This document shows, in pieces, positions 1 through 8,884 of a stretch of DNA of 45,076 nt. Under the pieces are notes generated by a model. The model did not search any database and was not told the DNA's origin. It saw only the letters and a program-made list of their open reading frames with translations. The stretch is from positions 1 to 45,076 of IMG/VR virus record IMGVR_UViG_3300033067_001629, one strand, 5' to 3'. The position numbers and the translations under genes are program-made. This stretch comes from a virus. Taxonomy: Duplodnaviria > Caudoviricetes. Every line of letters starts with the position of its first letter. Position 1 is the first letter of the stretch.

Positions 1-117
1 AGGGCTTTGCCCGCGATCGAGCCACTTTTTTGCGCACGCTAAATTTTTTTTAATTTTTTTATTTTCATTTCTAAAAAATAAAAATTTTTCGCGTTTTTTC
101 CATCTAATGGGTGATGC

Positions 118-441
118 TTGGCTAAGAAGCAAGCGAAAAAAAATCCTTGGGCCATCGCGCCGCACAAGCATAGAAAAATTTTAGAGTTGCTTCGCGCCGG
201 CGTGAGTATCTACGAAGTCTCGCGAGTGGTTGGGGTTGGTACCAATACGGTTCAGCGACGCAAGGCGATCGTTGACGCGGAGTTGAATGACGAAATTTCT
301 AAAGACGATGGCGAGCAGGCTATCGAGTTTCGTGCGTTGAGATGGCGTTGTCCTGTGCACGGTCTGGTCGAGTTTAATCCGTGCGTGATGTGTACCTCCC
401 TGGCTGCAATTGGGAATCGTGGGGGTACGCATAGGAATTAG
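118..441 (+). CDS. HTH protein with C-terminal Cys/His Zn motif (possible regulator or packaging accessory)
   Basis: LLRAGVSIYEVSRVVGVGTNTVQR is HTH-like; CPVHG...CVMC; TTG start. Confidence 0.65.
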   Translation: MAKKQAKKNPWAIAPHKHRKILELLRAGVSIYEVSRVVGVGTNTVQRRKAIVDAELNDEISKDDGEQAIEFRALRWRCPVHGLVEFNPCVMCTSLAAIGNRGGTHRN

Positions 442-552
442 CGTTTAGACTTTTGTTGTGTGTCGTGACGGGTCTAACGATCGGTCAAACGAGCGAAGGG
501 AGGTGGTCCGGTATTGTTGGCTCCAACCGATCGCAGTTGCTGAGGATCGTCG

Positions 553-909
553 ATGTTTGGATTTGCATTAGCTGTGGTGCTCGGAGCGGCCGGCGCGATC
601 GGTGGTGAATCTCGCCTCGCCGATGGTCGCTGCGACATGGTTGAAATCAACCACTACACACCAGACGGCTGCAATGGATTTACGCAGTTAATCGCTTGGG
701 ACTGGTCGCCGGAGTACAGGCGCTGGCACGCTCAGCAGTGGCTGATTTTGACGGGCTGGAGTAGGCGTGGCGATGTAGTGAGTTGTATTGGTGATGGAGT
801 GGAGTTGCGGATTCGGTCACGGTTGTTTCGCGAAACGTGGACTACGAAAGATCCTGAACGAGAGAATCAAGTTTTGTTTCCGAGTTCCGAACGAAGGAAG
901 GTTTGGTAA
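553..909 (+). CDS. Hypothetical protein with N-terminal hydrophobic/signal segment
   Basis: MFGFALAVVLGAAG; Trp-rich; abuts next ORF. Confidence 0.7.
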   Translation: MFGFALAVVLGAAGAIGGESRLADGRCDMVEINHYTPDGCNGFTQLIAWDWSPEYRRWHAQQWLILTGWSRRGDVVSCIGDGVELRIRSRLFRETWTTKDPERENQVLFPSSERRKVW

Positions 910-1245
910 ATGTCTTGTCCTTGCACTTTTGAGCCGAAGATTCAAGTTTCCTGTGTGATGGAAATTATCACGGCGATCCGCAGCGGCGACATCGTTACGA
1001 AGAAAGCCGAGTTGCTGCAACACGTTGGCTGCGTGCTTGGCTCTCTGGGTGCCTACATTGGGCCCGATTCGCAGTTATTCGCGGCGACGGCTGTGGACAT
1101 GCCTTGCACGATTGAAGAGGCGTGCAGCGAGTGCGAAGCGGCTCTAGGCGGTGCAGGTGAAGACGGGCTCATGGCGATCAACCCAGCAGTATTGGCGTTG
1201 ATCCTGAAGCTGGTTGAGTTGCTAATCTCAAAATATCTAGGTTGA
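910..1245 (+). CDS. Hypothetical protein with C-terminal hydrophobic helix (holin/membrane candidate)
   Basis: C-terminal INPAVLALILKLVELLISKYLG; tight operon packing. Confidence 0.65.
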   Translation: MSCPCTFEPKIQVSCVMEIITAIRSGDIVTKKAELLQHVGCVLGSLGAYIGPDSQLFAATAVDMPCTIEEACSECEAALGGAGEDGLMAINPAVLALILKLVELLISKYLG

Positions 1246-1249
1246 ACCG

Positions 1250-2074
1250 ATGCGACCAATGCTACTGGCAATGCTATGGTGTCTGCCTTCGCTCGCTGTA
1301 GCTCAGGTTGGGGTAACTACGTCAACGGCTTATCAAATCTCTGGGCTTGGACAGATAACCAAGGTCGGCGATGTACTACTTTCGAGCGTATCGCCAACCA
1401 TTACGAGTAAGCCGGTTGGTGTCGTCAACGTAAATGCCACGGACGTTGAGATCGCGGTGAGCGACGTGAACCGCTTGCCGTACCAGCCGCTTAGGCTCGA
1501 CGCTGATTCGTGGATGATTGACAAGCCAGGGAAGTGGTGGGTTGAGGTAAAAGAGTACGGTACGATTGCACTGGCTGACGGTTCGACTAGGCGGATCGTA
1601 CTTGACTCGACGGTGGTAGTTGTCGAGTTCAGTTTTGCTCCGACACCGAATCCACCTGGACCAGGGCCGCAACCAGATCCAAAGCCGCCTGTTCCACCTT
1701 CGCCAATCAACAACGAATACGGGGTCGGCAAAGTAGCATATGACTTTGCACCGCGTGATGTGGTGATTGCTGCGAAGTACGCTTCGGTGTACAAGCAGGC
1801 TGGCGACTTTTTGTTTGGTATCCCTAGCTTGAAGTTTATTACTTCCTCTACCGACGTTCACAACGGCGATCCAACACGCTCTGTCATGGCTTGGATCAAG
1901 CAACAGTACGCACTGACTGTGTGTGCCGATCCAGAGGTGTGCAAGCAGTGGGACGTTTGGAAACGAGAAGTAGCAGCGGCGTTCATCGAGTCTCAAAAGA
2001 AACGTGCGTTCACTCGGAACGATTGGTTTGCGGCATTTAACGAAGTCGCTCAAGCATTAGGACAAGTCAAATGA
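1250..2074 (+). CDS. Secreted protein with Pro-rich linker
   Basis: Signal peptide MRPMLLAMLWCLPSLAVA; PTPNPPGPGPQPDPKPPVPPSP linker; ATGA overlap with peptidase. Confidence 0.75.
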   Translation: MRPMLLAMLWCLPSLAVAQVGVTTSTAYQISGLGQITKVGDVLLSSVSPTITSKPVGVVNVNATDVEIAVSDVNRLPYQPLRLDADSWMIDKPGKWWVEVKEYGTIALADGSTRRIVLDSTVVVVEFSFAPTPNPPGPGPQPDPKPPVPPSPINNEYGVGKVAYDFAPRDVVIAAKYASVYKQAGDFLFGIPSLKFITSSTDVHNGDPTRSVMAWIKQQYALTVCADPEVCKQWDVWKREVAAAFIESQKKRAFTRNDWFAAFNEVAQALGQVK

Positions 2075-2853
2075 CCATTGATCGCGAGCTACCGACTGGA
2101 CCAATGGGTTACGCAATCGATTCCGAGAATCGAGAGTTGATGACTGAGACTGGACTCGATCCCGTTTTCATGTTGCGACGCGCGGAAGAAAACAAGCCGA
2201 CTTTCAATGTGCAGTCGAATCCGATGGTTCTGTTTGACCCGTTGAACCAAGGGTCGCAAGGAGCCTGTCAGGGACATTCGCTGGCGATGATGTTTGTTAT
2301 TTGCTACTTTCTGATGACGGGCAGAATCGAGAAGTTTAGCCGAGCTGCCGGATACTACCTAAGCCAACGCAAGGATGGCATAACAGGAGATCGTGGTTCG
2401 ACGCTATCAGGTGGACAGTGGGTAGCCACCCAGCACGGAATGTGCCTGGAATCGGATTGGCCGTATCCAGAGAGATACAACGCAAGCGAGCCGAGCGGGC
2501 TGAAGTATCCCTTTAAGCTGGTAGCAGCTAAGCCAACACGGGACTATGAACTAATCTCGCAAGCCTTGGAGTTAGGCTTGCCGGTCCAAGATGGGATCAT
2601 TTGGGATAACTCCGTCAGCAGAACCATATCGACTGACTACGTTGGTCAAGGTGGTGGCGGCCACTCGACCACGCTGTGGTGCAAGTTCGGCGAGAACTTC
2701 CGCCGCATCAATAGTTGGGGACCGTGGGACGGTGACGGATGCAACGAAAACACTCCGAAGAGTCTTAAAAAACAAGTCGAACATCGATACAGCAGCCATG
2801 TGATTTATGCACCCGAAGGAATGATTTATCCAGAGTTGAAACCAGTAACGTAA
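2071..2853 (+). CDS. Papain-like (C1 family) cysteine peptidase
   Basis: Catalytic motifs in order: QGSQGACQGHS (Q, C), GGGHS (H), INSWG (N). Confidence 0.85.
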   Translation: MTIDRELPTGPMGYAIDSENRELMTETGLDPVFMLRRAEENKPTFNVQSNPMVLFDPLNQGSQGACQGHSLAMMFVICYFLMTGRIEKFSRAAGYYLSQRKDGITGDRGSTLSGGQWVATQHGMCLESDWPYPERYNASEPSGLKYPFKLVAAKPTRDYELISQALELGLPVQDGIIWDNSVSRTISTDYVGQGGGGHSTTLWCKFGENFRRINSWGPWDGDGCNENTPKSLKKQVEHRYSSHVIYAPEGMIYPELKPVT

Positions 2854-2864
2854 GGACATAACAC

Positions 2865-3170
2865 ATGCGATATCCAATCGCACTACTGACAGTAATTCTG
2901 CTCGCCAACACGCTATTCGCTCAGTGCGAAAATGGCGTCTGTCAAGTGCCAACGCGAGCACCAGTACTGCAAGCCTTGGCGGCTCCGCTGGTGTCAGTGC
3001 TCGAAGCTCAGCCAGTGCGACGCGTAGCGGCAGCAACGGTCAATATGGTGGCTACTGTGCCGCAGGTGGTGAGGCAAACAAAGCTAGTACGCAGCGTGGA
3101 TCGCGTGACTGTCAGGGTCGCCAAGCGTCAACCAGTTCGCAGCGTTGTGCGTCGCATTTTTTGTAGGTGA
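2865..3170 (+). CDS. Small secreted basic protein
   Basis: SD AAGGA; signal peptide followed by CENGVC; Arg/Val-rich PVR repeats. Confidence 0.7.
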   Translation: MRYPIALLTVILLANTLFAQCENGVCQVPTRAPVLQALAAPLVSVLEAQPVRRVAAATVNMVATVPQVVRQTKLVRSVDRVTVRVAKRQPVRSVVRRIFCR

Positions 3171-3246
3171 TCGATGCACGTTGAAGCAGCAATAAAAGCA
3201 ATGATCAGCAAGTCAAACAATTGATCTAACACGATGGGCAGCAAGT

Positions 3247-3855
3247 GTGCCTCAGCAAATTTACAAACTTAGTTGCGAGGATGCGATAGCGTTTCTTTGT
3301 GAAGCTAATTGGGGATTTGCTGAGGTGGCTGTGGATGGCACTTTCATTTGGTTGAATCAAGCGTATTGCCAGGCACTTAATGCACCACTGGATTTGATTC
3401 TAGGGACAAACTTTCGGGTATGGACTCATCCCGACGATGTAAAGATCGATAGCGAATTAGCACAAAAAGTTGCTAGTGGAGAAATTACGTGTTACACGCT
3501 TGCAAAAAGATACTTACAGCGTGGTTCAACAAAAACGAACCAGAGGATTATTTGGGGGATGCTATCAGTACAAGGCAAATATTCGACGACTGGCGAGTGT
3601 GTGGGATACAGAGTGCAATACCGTCCGTACGAAGACTTTCCGAAAAGTCTGGACTACTTAGCCCGGATAAAAGTGATCCTCGAATGGACGAATCAAAATT
3701 GGAAATTGATTGCAACGGTGATAGCGGTATCGAGCACATTAGCTTTCGGAGGCTCCGAGACGCTGTTGGAATTGCTCAAAAAGATTCAATCAACAACAGA
3801 ATCCGTAGAGTCGGTATTGCCTGCCTCGCAATCTGGTGCATCACCACATCAGTGA
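3247..3855 (+). CDS. Stand-alone PAS-domain protein with C-terminal hydrophobic helix
   Basis: VAVDGTFIWLNQAYCQAL...THPDDV...GEITCYTLAKRYL...IWG follows the bacterial sensor PAS pattern. Confidence 0.8.
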   Translation: MPQQIYKLSCEDAIAFLCEANWGFAEVAVDGTFIWLNQAYCQALNAPLDLILGTNFRVWTHPDDVKIDSELAQKVASGEITCYTLAKRYLQRGSTKTNQRIIWGMLSVQGKYSTTGECVGYRVQYRPYEDFPKSLDYLARIKVILEWTNQNWKLIATVIAVSSTLAFGGSETLLELLKKIQSTTESVESVLPASQSGASPHQ

Positions 3856-3959
3856 TGGCAGTCAAAACACTCATGGCTGTTAGTGCTATTCACACGATGC
3901 TTAACGAAGTACAGGCCAAGGTGGTAGAAGAGCAGGCAAGACAAGAGGAATCGAAATGA
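3855..3959 (+). CDS. Small hypothetical protein (34 aa)
   Basis: TGATG coupling with PAS gene and ATGA coupling with the next ORF. Confidence 0.45.
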   Translation: MAVKTLMAVSAIHTMLNEVQAKVVEEQARQEESK

Positions 3960-4129
3960 GCGTAGCATCACCGACAGTCAAATCAGTAGTCAGGCCAGTA
4001 GCGTCTAGCGTTGTCGTTGGGGATGGTGCTGGCGGTGGCGGTGGTCCTGGTACTGGCGTTGATAATTTGCTGCTTGAGACTGCGGACAATTTGCTGCTTG
4101 AAACTGGCGATGCTTTAATTTTGGAGTAG
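3956..4129 (+). CDS. 57-aa microprotein with tandem LLLET(A/G)D repeats (virion fibre-associated candidate)
   Basis: Not in ORF track; MSVASPTV...GGGGGPGTGVDNLLLETADNLLLETGDALILE*; exactly fills the gap. Confidence 0.65.
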   Translation: MSVASPTVKSVVRPVASSVVVGDGAGGGGGPGTGVDNLLLETADNLLLETGDALILE

Positions 4130-4135
4130 GTATAA

Positions 4136-4972
4136 ATGGCTGACGCAAAAACAACCGCACTGACCGCAGCAACATCCTGGGCTAGTGGAGACTTGCTGTA
4201 CATGGTCAGTGACCCAGCAGGCACGCCAGCGAGTCGGAAGATTACGCTGGACAATGTGCTAAGTAAGATTGTCAGTGCAGCTAACAGCAAGGCTATCGGT
4301 GTTACTGGGTATTCGTTGACTGGCAGCAATGCTAGTTCGATGATTGACTTGGCTGGGACGTGGAATACCAGCGGAAATCCAGTAGCCTTGAAGATGGCTA
4401 TCACAAACACAGCCAGTGGAGCGACATCGAAGTTTATTTCGCTGCTGGCTGGTGCTAGTGGTACGACTGAGGTGCTTAGTGTTGATAAGACTGGGCTAAT
4501 AACAAGCAAACTAGACCAGTCATCTGGGCAGGTGAGCTTCGCAATAAACACTGGGGCGAATTATGGTTTTGGTGGGTTTTTCAATTCACCAGCAATAATA
4601 CACAACGGCAACGTTAAACTGTACTGCGACGGTAGCGGGACCGCATTTTATGGTCGAATAAAATTCGAGGAAAATAGTGGTGCGTTAAACTGGCGAGATG
4701 ACTTGTTTTTATACCGCGACGCTGCCAACACCCTCGGTATTCGCAACAGCACGAATGCACAGACGTTTAGGACGTATGGCACGTACACAGACGCAAGCAA
4801 CTACCGCCGCGTTACTTTGTCTATGACCACTGCCGGTGTTGCAACACTTCTACCCGAAGGTGCTGGCACAGGTGCTAGCGGAAACGTCTTGCATATCTCT
4901 GGACTGCCAACATCAAATCCAGGTCCAGGAATACTTTGGAATAACGCGGGAACTCCGGCAATAGGCACTTAA
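4136..4972 (+). CDS. Tail fibre-like structural protein
   Basis: MADAKTTALTAAT...SRKIT N-terminus; LYRDAANTLGIRNSTNAQTFR motif; Gly/Thr/Ser-rich. Confidence 0.65.
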   Translation: MADAKTTALTAATSWASGDLLYMVSDPAGTPASRKITLDNVLSKIVSAANSKAIGVTGYSLTGSNASSMIDLAGTWNTSGNPVALKMAITNTASGATSKFISLLAGASGTTEVLSVDKTGLITSKLDQSSGQVSFAINTGANYGFGGFFNSPAIIHNGNVKLYCDGSGTAFYGRIKFEENSGALNWRDDLFLYRDAANTLGIRNSTNAQTFRTYGTYTDASNYRRVTLSMTTAGVATLLPEGAGTGASGNVLHISGLPTSNPGPGILWNNAGTPAIGT

Positions 4973-4986
4973 CACAAGGAAAAACT

Positions 4987-5352
4987 ATGGCAGTCTCAGT
5001 ATCAACAATCAATCTGACTGGCACTCTAGAAGGTGTCGACAAAGCCACCATGCAGCGTTGTGCAGCACAAGAAAACGCATGGAGAACAGAGCAGAACACA
5101 GCTAATCTAAACGTGCCTGGCTGGACTCCACTACTACTCTTTCCAGTCGGCACAAATGCTGAACTTAAGACGGCAACGGAAGCCTACATGCTCAGAATTG
5201 CTCAAGGTAGTTGGGCATCGTACAAGCAGCAAACAATCAATACTGACGAAGCTAATGTCAAGATTAGTGTTATTCGAGACTATTGGCCAATCTTGACCGA
5301 TGCAGAGCGGATACAAGTACAAACTTTGGTCCAGCAATTGGCAAGTAACTGA
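4987..5352 (+). CDS. Hypothetical protein (fibre-associated)
   Basis: SD AAGGA; follows fibre gene. Confidence 0.65.
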   Translation: MAVSVSTINLTGTLEGVDKATMQRCAAQENAWRTEQNTANLNVPGWTPLLLFPVGTNAELKTATEAYMLRIAQGSWASYKQQTINTDEANVKISVIRDYWPILTDAERIQVQTLVQQLASN

Positions 5353-5404
5353 TAGATACACCAACGTACAGAATCAAATCAGAACGCTAGTGGGACTCTA
5401 AATC

Positions 5405-5602
5405 GTGGAAATTAACGACCAGACAACCAAGCCAGTCTCACTCACCCCAGAACAATGGGCCCAGGTGCTCGGAATCATGACGCAAGGTTCTCAGTTGCTT
5501 TGCTCGCAATTTGCACCGCAAGAAGGCGGACTTGAGGCAGTCAGAAACTTTAGCACTCTCGCCACTAGCTTAATTGCCGAAATCAAAGAGCAAACGAAAT
5601 GA
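5405..5602 (+). CDS. Small hypothetical protein (possible fibre chaperone)
   Basis: 65-aa helical ORF in operon. Confidence 0.5.
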   Translation: MEINDQTTKPVSLTPEQWAQVLGIMTQGSQLLCSQFAPQEGGLEAVRNFSTLATSLIAEIKEQTK

Positions 5603-5659
5603 CGCTGCTGGTGTTGATGTGGAATATTAGGTTGATTTTGATGCAGAGTGAGCTGTAGT

Positions 5660-8600
5660 ATGACATTTCTCCCGCAACCATTACCGACGACTGTGGCTAA
5701 CGTAGCTGCACTTGCAACGAATGCGAGCAAGACTAGCAACGGTGGAATCATCTCCACTTCTGGATATTATGCTGCTGGTGATGGCGGTGCTGTGGGGGTT
5801 ATTTATCGTCGCTCTGGACGGTCGGCATTAGGTGGTGATGCGAATGACGGTGTTTGGTACTTCAATGGTCCAGGGATTGATGATTACTGGGAAAAAGTAG
5901 ACAAGGGGCGAGTGAATCTACTTCAGGCTGGTTGCGTCGGTGATGGGGTGACAGATGACACAGATGCCTTCGTCGCGGCTGCTGAAGTAGCTTTGCGTGA
6001 GTCAGTACCACTAGAGGTCCCCAAAGGCGAGTTTCTTTTATCTTCGCTGTCCAGCCATATTGTACTTGATGATGATTTCACGATTACTGGCGTTGGGTAT
6101 CAATCGCAATTGATTGGTCCCAACATATCGCAGACGTTGTTTTACGTTTCGTCGAGTGCTGCTTGTCGCGTAATTTGTGAGCAGATAAATTTTTCGACGT
6201 TTCGCAATGCGTTCATGTTTGAGGATATGCGTAATGTTGCGAACCTGCACGATGTGACCATCGCTAATAACATTTGCGATAACATGGGTCAAGGTATCTG
6301 TAATCCAGTCGATGGGGCGCTAATACGTGCATCGTCTATTCAGGTCATCGGTAATCGACTTACGAACATGGGGTTAAATTTAACTGCGGCCAGACCATGG
6401 GCGATTGATATAGGCATCAAGGAATGTCCTAAAACTCTTGTTGGCAACAATTTGATAGATGGCGTTGGTTCGTTAAATATAATGACGGCGTGTGTTGGCA
6501 TTTGGGTGGACTGCACTGGCAGTGATGATGACGCACAGTCGGTGGTTATTTCAAACAACATTATCAAAAATGTCTTATCGAGCAGTAGGGCCAGCACAGA
6601 TCAAATCGGAGGCATTTTTGCGCTTGAATGCCACCCGACAATTACCGGCAATGTGATAGACACTATTGCCGGAATGCCTGCCCAGTCGATTTCTGCCAAT
6701 GCTGGAACTGATGTTATTACCAGTAACACCCACAGGTTGTTGCTCAATGATGCTCTAACATTCATTGGTGACGATCTTCCTGCACCATTGGCAGAGTCAA
6801 CCACATACTACGCCAGAAACATTACAGCTAACACGTTCAAGATTTCCGAAAATTCAGCACGGTTATTCACTGCAAATTCTGGGACCGATTTTATAACTGC
6901 CACTGCACACGGAATGCTCGACGGTGATACCGTGATGTTTTCTGGCACTGTGTATCCTGGCACTACGCTACCATCACCGCTAGATGGAGAAACGCTGTAC
7001 TATGTGCGCGATAAGACGACCGATACGTTTAAGGTTGCACTGACGGCTGGTGGTGTTGCTATCAACATCACTGACGCGGGAACCGGTTTTCCAGTGTGGT
7101 TCAAACCTGACGATACGGTGGACATCACCGATGCGGGTAGCGGCACAATGCAGTTTCTCGCACCACATCCAAGCTCACCGGAAGCGATTTACACTAAGTC
7201 GTCTCACTCGGTAGTCTCTAATAACACAATCATTGATACGCTCGGCTCCGAAGGCGTGATCAATATGAAGGGCGAGTTCACTGGCTCGGCATCTGCCCAG
7301 CGGTCGGTGATAAGTGGCAACAACATATCGTTCAGAACGCTTCCGCAAACTACATACTGCACAGGAATCAATTGTGCTGCTCCTGACATTTCCATCATTG
7401 GGAATATCATTGAGGGAGTTACTCGCGGTGCTGTAGCTATCTTTGATGGCTGCATTTTCAGTAACAACGTGTTCCGTGATTTGCAGGCTACTGGTATTGA
7501 ATTTGTTTCAATTGCTGCCGATTACAATCTGATAGTAAAAGACAATATTTTCACGAACATTGGCACTGGAGCCAGCAGTTATGGAGTACTTGTTACTGCC
7601 TCTGGTGGAGCTGGGCTAGACTTGCTTGAAGTTCGGAATAACACATTCATGGACTTCACGGCTACCACTACACACATTGGAGTGCTGGTAATAAACGCAG
7701 GAACAGCACCGATCCGCAAGTTCATATGCAACTGCAATCTGTTTAACGGAGTTGATAAAGCGTGTATCGTGCAGGTCTCTGCGGCTGAGGAAGTGCATTA
7801 CATCGAATTTTCGTTCAACACAATGTTCGATACGTCTCTTGAGTTTGAATCACTTGCTACTAGCAGAGTCGTAAAACGGTTGCAGAATACTCGCAACGGA
7901 AAGCTATGGATACAGAACGACAGCCCAGCGGCATTTGACCCAACACTGATTGCTGGCTGTGTTTCGTGGTGGCAACCAAGTGATCGTCGTAGCGTATTAA
8001 CTGATGTTGGCTCAGGTGCTTTAGCTAGCGACGGAAATTTGATTGCAAGAATCAACGACAAAAGCGGAGCAGGTAATCACTTAAACGCCAATGGCGTAGC
8101 ACCGATATTGCATTCGGCGGAGACATCAGGGCTCGCGAATCAATCTGTTTATTTCCGTGGGTTGGGCGATGATATGCAATGCACATTGCCAGCGTCGTGC
8201 GGTAACAGTTGCACAATGTTTATGGTTCAGAAAATAGGTGGCATCCAGCGATTTACCGCAAACCCAGCAACAGATTTTATCACTGCTGAAATTCACGGAA
8301 AACTCAACGATGACATCGTTCGTTTTATTGGGAATGATTTGCCTGCCGGTTTGTCAGCAGGTGTCGATTACTACGTTATCAATCGCACTGGCGATACGTT
8401 TCAGGTGTCAAACACTCTCGGTGGGTTGGCTGTCAACATCACCGATGAGGGCAGTGGACTAATGCGATTCACTCACATCGATCCAGGATTCCTTTGGTGG
8501 TATCAGCACGACTATTGGGGTGCTGCCGATCAACGCTGGCTATGGATTGCTGTCAGCGGTTCGGCTACAGCTGATGGTGCTGGCTATTTAGCGGGTACTC

Positions 8601-8881
8601 CGACATATCGCAAAAACGGTGCATCGGTCACGTTTACAACTCGCGACAACGTGTTCGACGAGACTAGCGACGTGCTATGCCTCATTACGGCAGAAGGGCT
8701 CGACCTGAGCGCTTGGGATGGCGACGCTGACCAATTTCACTTGGGTGGCTTCCTAGCTGGATCATATTACGTCACCGGACACTTCTTGGAGTGCATTTTG
8801 TACGATCAGGCGGTCTCGTCGCGAGATAGGGCAGCTATTGAAGAGTATCTAGCAGAATCACATGAAATAACACTGGCATAA
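5660..8881 (+). CDS. Tailspike/depolymerase-like protein: pectate-lyase-like beta-helix plus LamG-like C-terminus, with inserted repeat modules
   Basis: GYYAAGDGG and AGCVGDGVTDDTDAF motifs; many I-x-x-N-x-I rungs; C-terminal ECILYDQAVS...IEEYLA; ATG at 5660 (track start 5648). Confidence 0.8.
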   Translation: MTFLPQPLPTTVANVAALATNASKTSNGGIISTSGYYAAGDGGAVGVIYRRSGRSALGGDANDGVWYFNGPGIDDYWEKVDKGRVNLLQAGCVGDGVTDDTDAFVAAAEVALRESVPLEVPKGEFLLSSLSSHIVLDDDFTITGVGYQSQLIGPNISQTLFYVSSSAACRVICEQINFSTFRNAFMFEDMRNVANLHDVTIANNICDNMGQGICNPVDGALIRASSIQVIGNRLTNMGLNLTAARPWAIDIGIKECPKTLVGNNLIDGVGSLNIMTACVGIWVDCTGSDDDAQSVVISNNIIKNVLSSSRASTDQIGGIFALECHPTITGNVIDTIAGMPAQSISANAGTDVITSNTHRLLLNDALTFIGDDLPAPLAESTTYYARNITANTFKISENSARLFTANSGTDFITATAHGMLDGDTVMFSGTVYPGTTLPSPLDGETLYYVRDKTTDTFKVALTAGGVAINITDAGTGFPVWFKPDDTVDITDAGSGTMQFLAPHPSSPEAIYTKSSHSVVSNNTIIDTLGSEGVINMKGEFTGSASAQRSVISGNNISFRTLPQTTYCTGINCAAPDISIIGNIIEGVTRGAVAIFDGCIFSNNVFRDLQATGIEFVSIAADYNLIVKDNIFTNIGTGASSYGVLVTASGGAGLDLLEVRNNTFMDFTATTTHIGVLVINAGTAPIRKFICNCNLFNGVDKACIVQVSAAEEVHYIEFSFNTMFDTSLEFESLATSRVVKRLQNTRNGKLWIQNDSPAAFDPTLIAGCVSWWQPSDRRSVLTDVGSGALASDGNLIARINDKSGAGNHLNANGVAPILHSAETSGLANQSVYFRGLGDDMQCTLPASCGNSCTMFMVQKIGGIQRFTANPATDFITAEIHGKLNDDIVRFIGNDLPAGLSAGVDYYVINRTGDTFQVSNTLGGLAVNITDEGSGLMRFTHIDPGFLWWYQHDYWGAADQRWLWIAVSGSATADGAGYLAGTPTYRKNGASVTFTTRDNVFDETSDVLCLITAEGLDLSAWDGDADQFHLGGFLAGSYYVTGHFLECILYDQAVSSRDRAAIEEYLAESHEITLA

Positions 8882-8884
8882 CCA

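Noticed and set aside
27-37. TTTTTGCGCAC repeated at 39243-39253
   Set aside because: Single 11-nt match with a T-run; chance cannot be excluded and no context links the sites
3489-3854. 156-aa ORF overlapping the PAS gene
   Set aside because: Better explained by a coupled start at 3855; the upstream part looks like a shadow frame
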